In this document: in pieces, positions 36,634 to 44,774 of the stretch
Position numbering within the stretch: position 1 is the first letter of the stretch
Layout of the letters: every line of letters starts with the position of its first letter
The notes under the pieces: model-generated
Told to the model about the DNA's origin: nothing
What the model saw: the letters and a program-made list of their open reading frames with translations, nothing else
The model's database searches: none
Made by a program: the position numbers and the translations under genes
From: Candidatus Veblenbacteria bacterium
GTDB taxonomy: Bacteria; Patescibacteriota; Patescibacteriia; Veblenbacterales; UBA10138
Direction of reading: 5' to 3'
Assembly (NCBI GenBank): GCA_030700105.1
Contig: JAUYKG010000004.1
Location: 1 to 44,774 of the forward strand
DNA length: 44,774 bases

Positions 36634-37038
36634 TTATTTGGCGGTATGAAACTTACGTGAAACCAGCCATCCAATAATTACCAACAACACAACTGGAACG
36701 ACAATTCTGAACCAAAAGTAGTTAAAAGTATAGCTCGAGCCACTGTGTATAGGAAAAAGACAAAACAACTGCCAGTGGGGCTTCGTTTTATGTGCCAAAG
36801 AAACTTGCTGGTAACCTGCGGGACAACCACCCATAGTGCTCCCGTCACCAACCTCCTGGTATTTCCAGCCTGCCGGAATATCATAGGTAATTGTTGAACA
36901 TTCATCACCTCCGTTTAACACCGCACACTGTTGTGTTGCTTCATTAACAGCATAACTCCGCATCATGGGTGCCGCTCCTACGGGCAACGCGCTGCTTAGT
37001 AATAAATAGACTACTGTGCTAATCAATAATTGTCTCAT
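36634..37038 (-). CDS. hypothetical exported Cys-containing protein with C-terminal TM anchor
   Basis: Signal peptide, C...GDEC...P.GW...CPAGY...FC; AT-rich. Confidence 0.7.
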   Translation of the reverse strand: MRQLLISTVVYLLLSSALPVGAAPMMRSYAVNEATQQCAVLNGGDECSTITYDIPAGWKYQEVGDGSTMGGCPAGYQQVSLAHKTKPHWQLFCLFPIHSGSSYTFNYFWFRIVVPVVLLVIIGWLVSRKFHTAK

Positions 37039-38324
37039 GGCCTTAACCTATTAAGTAGCCTCGGGAACGGAATGCTCTCGCGCACGTGCTTCAATCCGCA
37101 AATCCAAGCCACCAGCCTTTCCAAACCAACGCCGAAACCTGAGTGCGGCACACTGCCGTACTTGCGCAAATCCAAGTACCACTGGAAATCGGCGATATTG
37201 AGCTTTTGCTCTTTCATGCGCTTAAGCAGTTCATCGTAATCGTCCTCGCGCTGCGAACCGCCAATTATCTCCCCATACCCTTCCGGCGCCAACAAATCCG
37301 CGTTCAGCACGCGCGTGGGGTCCGCCGGGTCGCGCTTCATATAGAACGCCTTCACCGCGGCCGGGTACTTTTCCACAAAAATCGGCTTGTCATAGAGTTC
37401 CGTAAGGAGCGTTTCGTCGTCCGCACCCAGGTCGTCCATATCGCCAATATCGCTCCCCCGTTCGCGCAATTTCTGAATAGCCTCGGTGTGGGTGAGGTGA
37501 TAAAACGGCGGTTTTACACGCTCCAAAATAGTGGTGTCGCGCTCAAGTAGTGAAAGCTCTACCTTGTTACGCTCCAACACCGCCGCCACGATATATGAAA
37601 TTAATGCTTCCTGAATTTGTAAGTTCTCCTCGTGCTCCACAAAAGCAGCTTCGGCATCCATCATCCAAAACTCAATAAGGTGGCGCCTCGTCTTGCTCTT
37701 TTCGGCGCGGAAGACCGGCCCAAAATCGAACACACGGCCGTGCGCGAAAATGGCCGCCTCAAGGTAAAGTTGTCCTGACTGCGTCAGGTAAGCTGGCTCA
37801 CCAAAGTAATCAACTTGAAACAAGGTTGTGGTGCCTTCGCAGGAAGTGGGTGTAAGAATAGGCGCGTCGATCTTTATGAATCCCTCGCGGTTCAGGTACT
37901 CGTACGTGGCGTTTATAATGGTGTTGCGAATACGCTGAATAGCCCACTGCCGCGAGCTCCTAAGCCACAGGTGCCGGTTATCCAGCAAAAAGTCGGGCCC
38001 GTGCTCTTTCTTGCCAATGGGGTACTCCGGAGAGGCTCCCACTAAGGCTACCGACTTAGCCTTAACCTCGTACTCATTCTTCTTGGGGTGCTTGGCCACC
38101 GTACCGGTAACCAGCGCCGAGCTCTCCAGGGTAAGCGCTTCCACCACCTTCAAGCTGGCAGCATCAACCGTGCCGGCATCCACTATTACCTGCGTAAAAC
38201 CCGTACCGTCGCGAAATTCCAAAAACCAAATCTTGCCCGAAGACCGTACATTGGCTGCCCAGCCTGCCAGGGCGACTTCCTTGCCCTCGTAACCGGATAG
38301 TTGGTTAATAAATACTTTAGACAT
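37035..38324 (-). CDS. asnS: asparagine--tRNA ligase
   Basis: RHLWLRS, YLTQSGQLY, FRAEKSKTRRHL.EFWM, KAFYM, YGSVPHSGFG.GLER; start ATG 38324. Confidence 0.96.
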   Translation of the reverse strand: MSKVFINQLSGYEGKEVALAGWAANVRSSGKIWFLEFRDGTGFTQVIVDAGTVDAASLKVVEALTLESSALVTGTVAKHPKKNEYEVKAKSVALVGASPEYPIGKKEHGPDFLLDNRHLWLRSSRQWAIQRIRNTIINATYEYLNREGFIKIDAPILTPTSCEGTTTLFQVDYFGEPAYLTQSGQLYLEAAIFAHGRVFDFGPVFRAEKSKTRRHLIEFWMMDAEAAFVEHEENLQIQEALISYIVAAVLERNKVELSLLERDTTILERVKPPFYHLTHTEAIQKLRERGSDIGDMDDLGADDETLLTELYDKPIFVEKYPAAVKAFYMKRDPADPTRVLNADLLAPEGYGEIIGGSQREDDYDELLKRMKEQKLNIADFQWYLDLRKYGSVPHSGFGVGLERLVAWICGLKHVRESIPFPRLLNRLRP

Positions 38325-38414
38325 AATAATGAACAAAATGTACCATTTTTGCCTTTGTTTGGCAAAAAACACCCGAACTTACCAAAGTACTCCGCGACGT
38401 GTTACCCTTACTGA

Positions 38415-38888
38415 ATGTCTATGCGCCTACTGCTTGAGCGTTTTAAGAAATTCTGTTGGAAAATATTCGAACCATTCTTCCCCACCGTACGCGACGCCTG
38501 GGTGGCGCTCGGGTTAATAAATCACAACCTTAGGCAGCCCTACCTCTACGGCGCACTAAAAGCCGAGTTTACCCATAACGATCTGCGGACGTACCTCAAG
38601 GCTGCTGGTTTTACCAACGACTACCTGGCCTGGGTGGACCCGGACGAGATTTTGAATATGAGAAAAGTAGTGGACGTAATCTACCAGTACCACGTCAGAC
38701 TATTTGTTGATGGCGAGGTACGAGGCCACCATGAATTCGCAGCCGAGAGCCACCCCTTTAAGCACCTGCACGACATTGGCTTAACGGACGGCTCCCCCTA
38801 TCTTACGCCGCTGTTGGCTGGTATGGTGGATGAATTACCTGCGCCCGAGGAATCTTTGCGCAGCACCACCCAGGGCGAAACATCCTGA
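38415..38888 (+). CDS. hypothetical protein
   Basis: 157 aa; RQPY..G, AWVDPDE, QYHVRLF.DGEVRGH.E...E.HP..H; divergent from asnS. Confidence 0.75.
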   Translation: MSMRLLLERFKKFCWKIFEPFFPTVRDAWVALGLINHNLRQPYLYGALKAEFTHNDLRTYLKAAGFTNDYLAWVDPDEILNMRKVVDVIYQYHVRLFVDGEVRGHHEFAAESHPFKHLHDIGLTDGSPYLTPLLAGMVDELPAPEESLRSTTQGETS

Positions 38889-39151
38889 GCCTGGTAAAAA
38901 GCCTTTACTAAATCGCTGCGCGTCACCACGCCACTGGTGGCATGCCGGCTGACGCCGCGATATAAGGGTTCTACTATAACGGGCGGACCGTAAGAATCGT
39001 AAAATTCAAGCGCTTTTTTTACCAGCATCATCCGCTGGCCACCCGCACGCGGGCGGCCCAATATGCGCCCCACGAAGCTTTGCAGCCAAAGCAGTATGTG
39101 CACCGGCATAGGCCGGCCGCACCGTGGGCATGTTCCCTTAAGCCGCCACAT
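38798..39151 (-). CDS. hypothetical protein with N-terminal CPRC
   Basis: Starts 1 nt after the dedA stop; overlaps the convergent ORF by 91 nt. Confidence 0.45.
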   Translation of the reverse strand: MWRLKGTCPRCGRPMPVHILLWLQSFVGRILGRPRAGGQRMMLVKKALEFYDSYGPPVIVEPLYRGVSRHATSGVVTRSDLVKAFYQAQDVSPWVVLRKDSSGAGNSSTIPANSGVR

Positions 39152-39152
39152 A

Positions 39153-39785
39153 CTACTTTCGCCTTTCCAAAGCCTCCTTAATACTGGTTTTCATACGCTC
39201 ACGATGATTACGATTGAAAGTTACTTTCCACAAACTAGGCAAGAGCGAAGCGATGACAATAAAACCCACCAACGGCAGTAAGTACTTGTCCACGCCAGGA
39301 ATGGTATTACCCAAAAAATACCCCAACGAGGTTAAGCCTACTGCCCAGAGCAGGCCGCCCAGGAGATTGTAAGCCAAAAAAGTAGGGTAGTGCATATCCC
39401 CTACACCGGCGAGAATTGGTGCCAATGTTCTAATGCCAGGTAGAAACCTGGCCAAAACTATGGCTTTGCCGCCGTGCTTGGCATAAAACGCCTGGGCCTT
39501 TGTTACATTCTCAGGGTGGAAAAAAATGGAACGTTCACGGGTGAAAAAGCGCTTGCCCACTCTCTTGCCAAAAGTATAGCCAACGCTATCGCCAGTAACG
39601 GCCGCGATAAAACAGACGGCGACTAAAGGCACAATACTGAAGAGGCCCTGGGCGCTCAAAAAGCCAGCGGTAAAGAGCAAGCTATCGCCCGGCAGAATTA
39701 TACCGAAGAGCAAGCCGGATTCGGCAAAAATAATAACAAAAATACCAATGTAACCGGCCGCCATAATGATACTTTGCAAATCCAT
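39153..39785 (-). CDS. dedA: DedA/VTT family membrane protein
   Basis: FAESGLL.G..LPGDSLLF.AG, GDSVGY..G, ARFLPG.RT. Confidence 0.92.
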   Translation of the reverse strand: MDLQSIIMAAGYIGIFVIIFAESGLLFGIILPGDSLLFTAGFLSAQGLFSIVPLVAVCFIAAVTGDSVGYTFGKRVGKRFFTRERSIFFHPENVTKAQAFYAKHGGKAIVLARFLPGIRTLAPILAGVGDMHYPTFLAYNLLGGLLWAVGLTSLGYFLGNTIPGVDKYLLPLVGFIVIASLLPSLWKVTFNRNHRERMKTSIKEALERRK

Positions 39786-39788
39786 AAG

Positions 39789-40715
39789 CTAGATCTTAAT
39801 GAGCTTGCGCGCTGCCAATCCGCTCAAGGGCAAAAATATGGTCCAAGGCACCACCGACAAAATCACTGGCACAGTCACGGCCGCCTGCGGGAAAAAAGTA
39901 TCTGCCAGGTAAATGGCCAGGAGAAAATTCATGTACGTGAGGCAGAGGGAAATTGTGAAGCGGTCGCGCACTGGCCGCCAAAAAATCGCCCAGTAACCTA
40001 AGACATGAAAAGCCGCGAACAGCAACATCAACCAACCAAGCCAACGTAATGTTTGGCCGCCGGACAAGGAACCTATAATAGCGGGCGCCTGCCGCGCTGA
40101 CACTGCGGCTATGATGGCTCCCAGCAGTACCACCGAAAGGGGCGAACTTACCAGAGAAACCTTCGTGCTTAAACGCGGCCAAATGTACTTAACCACTTCA
40201 GCCAAAGCAAAAGGCAGGAATATCACTTTGGCTAAGGAGATAAACATACTGCCGAAGGGCACTACAACTTGGGCACCAGCTAGCAACGAAAGCACGAACG
40301 GCACGGTGAGCGGTGCCAGCAAGGAAGTGGTAACGGTAGCCACCAGCGCTAGGCTTTGCCGACCGCCCAGCAACTCAGCAATCAAGGGCGCAGCCATGGC
40401 CGTAGGCATGGCTGCCAAAATGAGAAAAGGCAGGGCAAGCTCCGGTTTAGCTACCAGCATCACGTAATACACCACAGCTGGCAAAGCCACCAACATTAAG
40501 ACATTGGTCTCCAGCACCATGCGCCAATCGCGCAGGTAACTCGCCACCTCTTTAAAATCAACCTTGAGCGCGGTTAAAAAGAACACCACCGAAAGGAAAA
40601 ACGTGCTGTAAGGCGAAAGCAATCCAGCCACGCCCGGTACAGTCAGCCCAAATACCAGCGCCGCGAGCGCCACTAGCAGGTAAGACTGGCCTAAACGATG
40701 TACCACTTGGGACAT
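39789..40715 (-). CDS. bile acid:sodium symporter (BASS) family protein
   Basis: ~9-10 TM; AMPTA.A......LGG...AL...T.LLAP...P. Confidence 0.85.
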   Translation of the reverse strand: MSQVVHRLGQSYLLVALAALVFGLTVPGVAGLLSPYSTFFLSVVFFLTALKVDFKEVASYLRDWRMVLETNVLMLVALPAVVYYVMLVAKPELALPFLILAAMPTAMAAPLIAELLGGRQSLALVATVTTSLLAPLTVPFVLSLLAGAQVVVPFGSMFISLAKVIFLPFALAEVVKYIWPRLSTKVSLVSSPLSVVLLGAIIAAVSARQAPAIIGSLSGGQTLRWLGWLMLLFAAFHVLGYWAIFWRPVRDRFTISLCLTYMNFLLAIYLADTFFPQAAVTVPVILSVVPWTIFLPLSGLAARKLIKI

Positions 40716-40717
40716 AT

Positions 40718-41059
40718 CTACTTCAGCTCTCCTTTAACCCAGCGAGTAAAACTCGCTTCAACCTCAAGCTTAATACTTCCGATAAAAGGCAATGTATCGC
40801 TATGATTTGCTTTTACCAAACGTCTCAACTTAGCCACATGCGTCGGCATGGTTTCCAGCACCAACAGCGCCCCCTTAGCCTGCTCGGTCCGGCCCGACTT
40901 AGGCGGCCAGTAGTACATAGACCGCTCGCGTTTAAAAACGTCAAAGCAAGAGGATAACCGCGCTTTTAGACAAAGCCGGCCAATACGGCTGGCCTCGGTA
41001 ACACTATTACAATTCACCAATACCCAAAGCACTCGCGCCATAAATTTCATTTCTGCCAT
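40718..41059 (-). CDS. cutA: CutA-like divalent cation tolerance protein
   Basis: EA..IG...L..RL..C...S.Y.W...HS..LPFI...W. Confidence 0.8.
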   Translation of the reverse strand: MAEMKFMARVLWVLVNCNSVTEASRIGRLCLKARLSSCFDVFKRERSMYYWPPKSGRTEQAKGALLVLETMPTHVAKLRRLVKANHSDTLPFIGSIKLEVEASFTRWVKGELK

Positions 41060-41088
41060 TGTACTATTCTATAGAATAGTACAATGGC
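41055..41088. repeat. perfect 34-bp palindrome
   Basis: GCCATTGTACTATTCTA|TAGAATAGTACAATGGC. Confidence 0.92.
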
Positions 41089-41348
41089 TATATGAAAGGT
41101 AAAAGCCGATTAACTACACGCGGCAAACGGGCTGCTAAACGGTAAAAAACCAACAATCCCACCTTATCGGATTCAACTATCTCAGCGGCACTTAGACGTG
41201 CTAAATGATTTGAAGTCGCCTTGAATGATAATTTAACTTCGGCCGCAATATCACCAACGTTCGCCCGCTTAACGTGCTTGAGGTAGCGCACCATAGCCAA
41301 TCGGCGCCGATTGGCTAAAGCTTTCAACGTTCGTTCTAGTTCGTTCAT
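41088..41348 (-). CDS. ArsR family HTH regulator
   Basis: LKALANRRRL...VGDIA...LSFKATSNHL..L...IV; start ATG 41348. Confidence 0.85.
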   Translation of the reverse strand: MNELERTLKALANRRRLAMVRYLKHVKRANVGDIAAEVKLSFKATSNHLARLSAAEIVESDKVGLLVFYRLAARLPRVVNRLLPFI

Positions 41349-41371
41349 ACTTCCATGACACAATAATGACA

Positions 41372-41415
41372 CCTCCCTTATAGGACTATTCTATAGAATA
41401 GTCCTATAAGGGAGG
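41372..41415. repeat. perfect 44-bp palindrome
   Basis: CCTCCCTTATAGGACTATTCTA|TAGAATAGTCCTATAAGGGAGG. Confidence 0.92.
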
Positions 41416-41419
41416 GAAG

Positions 41420-41746
41420 TCAATTAGAACCGTTGCTTACCCCCAAACCGGACGCTTCCTGAGCCCAGACCACAAGTTCCACTTTATCCTCCAGTACTTC
41501 AGGTGGCACTTCATAGTAATTCTTGAGCACCTGGTCGGCGCTGGGCGCGAACGGTTTCATACCAGTAGCTTGGAACTTAGCGCGGGTATGGCTATTAGTC
41601 TTAAAGAAAAGCTGGCCCGAGGAAATAATACCGAAAAACCTCTCCCCTGAATAAAGGCCGTAGCCGGAGAACATTGGCCGCACCGTAAGTTGCGGCAAAC
41701 CAGCTAGCTGTTCGGTAACGTAGTCCCGAAATGAATCATGCTTCAT
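41420..41746 (-). CDS. TfoX/Sxy N-terminal domain protein
   Basis: RPMFSGYGLY....FG....LFFK...YYEVP.EVLED; start ATG 41746. Confidence 0.85.
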   Translation of the reverse strand: MKHDSFRDYVTEQLAGLPQLTVRPMFSGYGLYSGERFFGIISSGQLFFKTNSHTRAKFQATGMKPFAPSADQVLKNYYEVPPEVLEDKVELVVWAQEASGLGVSNGSN

Positions 41747-42140
41747 GAATAAAGCGCAAACAAGCGGAGTTGATGCAATACCGCTCGCCCGATTCTCCTG
41801 GCCCGTCGGAGAACACGTGCCCCAAGTGCGAGCCACAACGCTTACAGCGGACCTCGGTACGCTTCATGCCGTGGCTTACGTCATCCAATAACTCAACCTG
41901 TTCCAAATTCACCGGATCGGTAAAGCTCGGCCAGCCGGTGCCGGAATCAAATTTAGTAGCGGAAGAAAACAATTCTTGCCCACAGGCGCGGCAGGAGTAC
42001 CTACCTACCTCGTGATTATTCCAGTGCTCACCAGTAAAAGGAGTCTCGGTACCCTGCTCGCGCATAATCTTGAACTCTTCCGGCGCCAGTTCACGTTGCC
42101 ACTCTGCCTCGGTTTTTTGTAGCTGCTGTGGTTTGGCCAT
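41736..42140 (-). CDS. msrB: peptide-methionine (R)-S-oxide reductase
   Basis: GTE.PF, KFDSGTGWPSF, HLGHVF.DGP, RYCINS. Confidence 0.96.
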   Translation of the reverse strand: MAKPQQLQKTEAEWQRELAPEEFKIMREQGTETPFTGEHWNNHEVGRYSCRACGQELFSSATKFDSGTGWPSFTDPVNLEQVELLDDVSHGMKRTEVRCKRCGSHLGHVFSDGPGESGERYCINSACLRFIHEA

Positions 42141-42161
42141 ATCATCAGTATAATTAACACC

Positions 42162-43217
42162 CTACCCAAGAACCACCAGTTCCTCCCATGGTAATCCAGC
42201 TTTGCCGAAGTGACCGTAGGTGGCCGTGGCGCGGTAAAGGGGGCGCCGTAAACCCAAGCGCTCAATGATAGCCTGAGGGCGAAAATCAAATCGCTGGCGT
42301 ACGTAATCGCTCAAGCTTTCCTGCTTCTCGTTAACCGCTTCAACCATTAGTGGTTCGGCTCGGCCGATGGCATAAGCCACCGAGACTAGACATTCCTTGC
42401 CTAAACCAGCCGCTACCAGATTCTTGGCCACGAACCGACACATGTAGGCACCAGACCTATCCACTTTAGTTGGGTCCTTCCCTGAAAAACAACCCCCACC
42501 ATGTGGAATCAATCCGCCGTAAGTATCTACCATTATTTTGCGGCCGGTAAGTCCGGCGTCGGCCTCAAAACCGCCGGACGTAAATGTACCAGTCGGGTTT
42601 ACCAGCACTTCTATACCCCCCATATCTTGAACTAACGGGGCGATGAGTTTAGCTGTGAGCACCGACCGTAATTCATCCAAGCCAACCTCAGGTGTATGCT
42701 GGGCGCTCACTAAAACCGTGAGCGTGCGGCCATTCTCAGCTGTTACCTGAGTTTTACCGTCAGGCTTAAGCCAGATGATCTCCCCCACGGTGCGCAACTG
42801 CTCCAGCCGACGCGCTAAAGCATGAGCCAATACCACGCCCCGGGGCAAAAATTCCGGCGTTTCGCTCGTGGCATAGCCGTACATAATACCCTGGTCGCCC
42901 GCGCCACCCGTATCCACACCACGCGCTATCTCCGGAGCTTGCTCACTTACGTGCGCCTTAACTTCTATGACATTGCTATAGCCAACCTCAGTATGAATTT
43001 GGCGGGCAATAGCTTCGTAATCAACTTTAGCGCGAGTAGTCACCTCGCCGCCTATAACCACCAAACCATGACTACCCATTACCTCCACACCCACGCGTGA
43101 GGTGGGGTCCTGCCGCAAACATTCGTCCAATACCGCGTCTGAAATTTGGTCGCAGACCTTGTCCGGATGTCCTGAGGTAACGCTTTCCACGGTATATATT
43201 TTTGGCTCAAAACGCAT
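42162..43217 (-). CDS. metK: S-adenosylmethionine synthetase
   Basis: ESVTSGHPDK.CDQISD, GAGDQG, GLTGRK, GGG.FSGKDPTKVDRS; start ATG 43217. Confidence 0.97.
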   Translation of the reverse strand: MRFEPKIYTVESVTSGHPDKVCDQISDAVLDECLRQDPTSRVGVEVMGSHGLVVIGGEVTTRAKVDYEAIARQIHTEVGYSNVIEVKAHVSEQAPEIARGVDTGGAGDQGIMYGYATSETPEFLPRGVVLAHALARRLEQLRTVGEIIWLKPDGKTQVTAENGRTLTVLVSAQHTPEVGLDELRSVLTAKLIAPLVQDMGGIEVLVNPTGTFTSGGFEADAGLTGRKIMVDTYGGLIPHGGGCFSGKDPTKVDRSGAYMCRFVAKNLVAAGLGKECLVSVAYAIGRAEPLMVEAVNEKQESLSDYVRQRFDFRPQAIIERLGLRRPLYRATATYGHFGKAGLPWEELVVLG

Positions 43218-43225
43218 GTTATATA

Positions 43226-43250
43226 TAAAAAATCTTCCCTGGCGGGAAGA
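43226..43250 (-). terminator. riboswitch-controlled terminator
   Basis: TCTTCCC-GCCA-GGGAAGA-TTTTTT; its 5' arm can pair alternatively with GGGGAAGATAAT (antiterminator). Confidence 0.8.
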
Positions 43251-43261
43251 ATAATACATTA

Positions 43262-43373
43262 ATTATCTTCCCCGGGTAAACCTGGGGCTAGAGGGAGCAC
43301 CTTATCCGCCCAAGGCGAACAGGTTGCTGAAGCGCTCAAACGGGCTAGGTCCCTCGCGCCTACTCTTGATAAT
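43262..43373 (-). ncRNA. SAM-I (S-box) riboswitch
   Basis: ATTATCAAGAG...GAGGGAC..GCCC...GCAACC...GGTGC...GATAAT upstream of metK. Confidence 0.9.
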
Positions 43374-43394
43374 ATCCGATTGTTAAGCTTTTTC

Positions 43395-43422
43395 ACTATA
43401 GCACCCGCCGCTCCCGCGTCAA
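43395..43422 (-). promoter_or_regulatory. promoter for the SAM-I/metK transcript
   Basis: TTGACG-16 nt-TATAGT with TG extension. Confidence 0.65.
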
Positions 43423-43425
43423 TCC

Positions 43426-44166
43426 CTACTCAAGAAAACTCAATAGCACCATGAGCGCTACACCAGCCACGAGGAACAAAAGCTGTAAGGCCGATTTATC
43501 CAAACGCACTTCTTTGTGTAATTCGGGGATAAGGTCCACCGTGGCGATGTAGATGAACCCCCCGGCTGTAAGCGCTAAGAGTGCCGGCAAAGCACCTGCT
43601 ACCGCTTGGCTGAACCACAGCGCCAGCACCGCCCCCACTACGGCCACCATAGCCGAGAGAAAATTAAACAGCAGCGCCTGGCTGCGCTTAAAACCACTGT
43701 GTATTAAAATCGCATAATCACCGATCTCCTGTGGGATTTCGTGGAATATTACCGCCAAGGTGGTGGCAAAGCCCAACTTTATATCCACCAAGTACGAAGC
43801 GCCGATAATTAGCCCGTCGATCAGGTTGTGAAAACCATCACCAACCAGGTTAAGGGTTCCCACTGGGTGCCGGTCTTCCTCGGCTACGTGGTGGTAGTGG
43901 TGCCAATGAATACCGTTCTCGAGCACATAAAACAATATGAATGCGCCAAGCAGCCACAAGCTAAGCTTGAGTTCAAAACCAACCTCTTCCACGAGTTCGG
44001 GAAGAATATGTATGAAGGTATCACCAAGCAATGTGCCAGCGGCAAAGCTGATGAGTATGAACATCAGCCGTTTTAAGGTTGGCACCGAAAGCGAAAAAGC
44101 GAACACACCCACGAATGAGATGAGGCTGACCACCAGCACGCTCACTATGGTGGGAAACCAGGGCAT
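43426..44166 (-). CDS. ZIP family zinc/metal transporter
   Basis: FAAGTLLGD.FIHILPE, HWHH.HH, GDGFHN..DG, HEIPQEIGD; start ATG 44166. Confidence 0.92.
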   Translation of the reverse strand: MPWFPTIVSVLVVSLISFVGVFAFSLSVPTLKRLMFILISFAAGTLLGDTFIHILPELVEEVGFELKLSLWLLGAFILFYVLENGIHWHHYHHVAEEDRHPVGTLNLVGDGFHNLIDGLIIGASYLVDIKLGFATTLAVIFHEIPQEIGDYAILIHSGFKRSQALLFNFLSAMVAVVGAVLALWFSQAVAGALPALLALTAGGFIYIATVDLIPELHKEVRLDKSALQLLFLVAGVALMVLLSFLE

Positions 44167-44191
44167 AATGGGCTCAGTATAGCACAACCTT

Positions 44192-44773
44192 CTACTGCCC
44201 CAGAACCTGCATGCCAGCGAGTACCGCTTGGTATAAATTATCGGGCAGAGTAGGGTTCTTCGCTACCACATAGAACCTAGCGTAGTTCGGCCCGGTTTTA
44301 AAATCTGTCACCGTATGGCGTTGGTTGCGCCAGGAGGGTTGGTAAGCAAAATCGGCTACCCCCGGCTTCTTTTCAATATCATAACGGCGGGCCGGATAGT
44401 TGCCCTCGCCCACATTCATATCATCTTGCGAATGAATGGTAACTGTGGAGAGGGTTTGAAAGTCTACAGCGTCAAAGTAGCGAATGAATATTTGCGAGCG
44501 CTCCCGCGCCGTGCCTTCGCCTACCAATGTAAAAACATTCAGCGCTTGGATTTGTGGGACGTACTCCACCTCCATACCTCCCGGAACGGCAAAACGTATT
44601 GGAAAGACATTGCTCCCCAGGTCCGCCAGCACGTACGCACGCGAATAGTCTTCCAGCCCGGCACTATGTTCTTCAAAAAAATCCGTTGGATTTATCCAGT
44701 CGCGTACCTTAGCCGCATCTTTTTCGTAACCATTAAGCCTAAGCTCGTCACCTTTGTACAGGGCAAAATGCAG
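44192..44773 (-). CDS. C-terminal part of an M23 peptidase-like protein (5' end outside the window)
   Basis: Frame is open to the window edge: LHFALYKG...GY...WINPTDF (M23 HxH strand), then an extra domain. Confidence 0.7.
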   Translation of the reverse strand: MHFALYKGDELRLNGYEKDAAKVRDWINPTDFFEEHSAGLEDYSRAYVLADLGSNVFPIRFAVPGGMEVEYVPQIQALNVFTLVGEGTARERSQIFIRYFDAVDFQTLSTVTIHSQDDMNVGEGNYPARRYDIEKKPGVADFAYQPSWRNQRHTVTDFKTGPNYARFYVVAKNPTLPDNLYQAVLAGMQVLGQ

Positions 44774-44774
44774 G

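Noticed and set aside
2532-44182. Numerous + strand ORFs of 60-190 aa antisense to conserved genes
   Set aside because: Typical antisense open frames of GC-rich coding sequence, with no motifs or independent expression signals

Overview
Bacterial chromosomal window, almost entirely encoded on the minus strand. It looks like a Patescibacteria/CPR (Parcubacteria-like) genome: compact AspRS, TGnTATACT promoters placed a few bases before start codons, few Shine-Dalgarno motifs, archaeal-type PpcA. That placement is an inference, not a database result. Housekeeping content: uppS, hup, fba, tpiA, scpAB, aspS, asnS, metK behind a SAM-I riboswitch, msrB, rpmG and five tRNAs (Pro-CGG, Trp, Thr-TGT, Tyr, Thr-GGT). 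Accessory content: a glycoside-hydrolase cluster, a ~10 kb copper/thiol-redox locus (CopA, ArsR-YHS, two CcdA/DsbD-like proteins, many Cys/His-rich unknowns) with two near-identical promoter-operators, and ppcA-aspC and GT4-GH130 pairs. Most interesting: (1) an integrase-less array of three single-gene cassettes downstream of tRNA-Trp, each delimited by a hairpin plus a ~39 bp att-like repeat that begins with the tRNA 3' end; (2) a highly structured 165-nt RNA at 156-320; (3) the metal locus, with paired C-terminal LPSQVGGC tags and a candidate leader/attenuator; (4) long perfect palindromes flanking an ArsR gene; (5) two unusual in-frame fusions. All calls come from reading the sequence; no searches were run.
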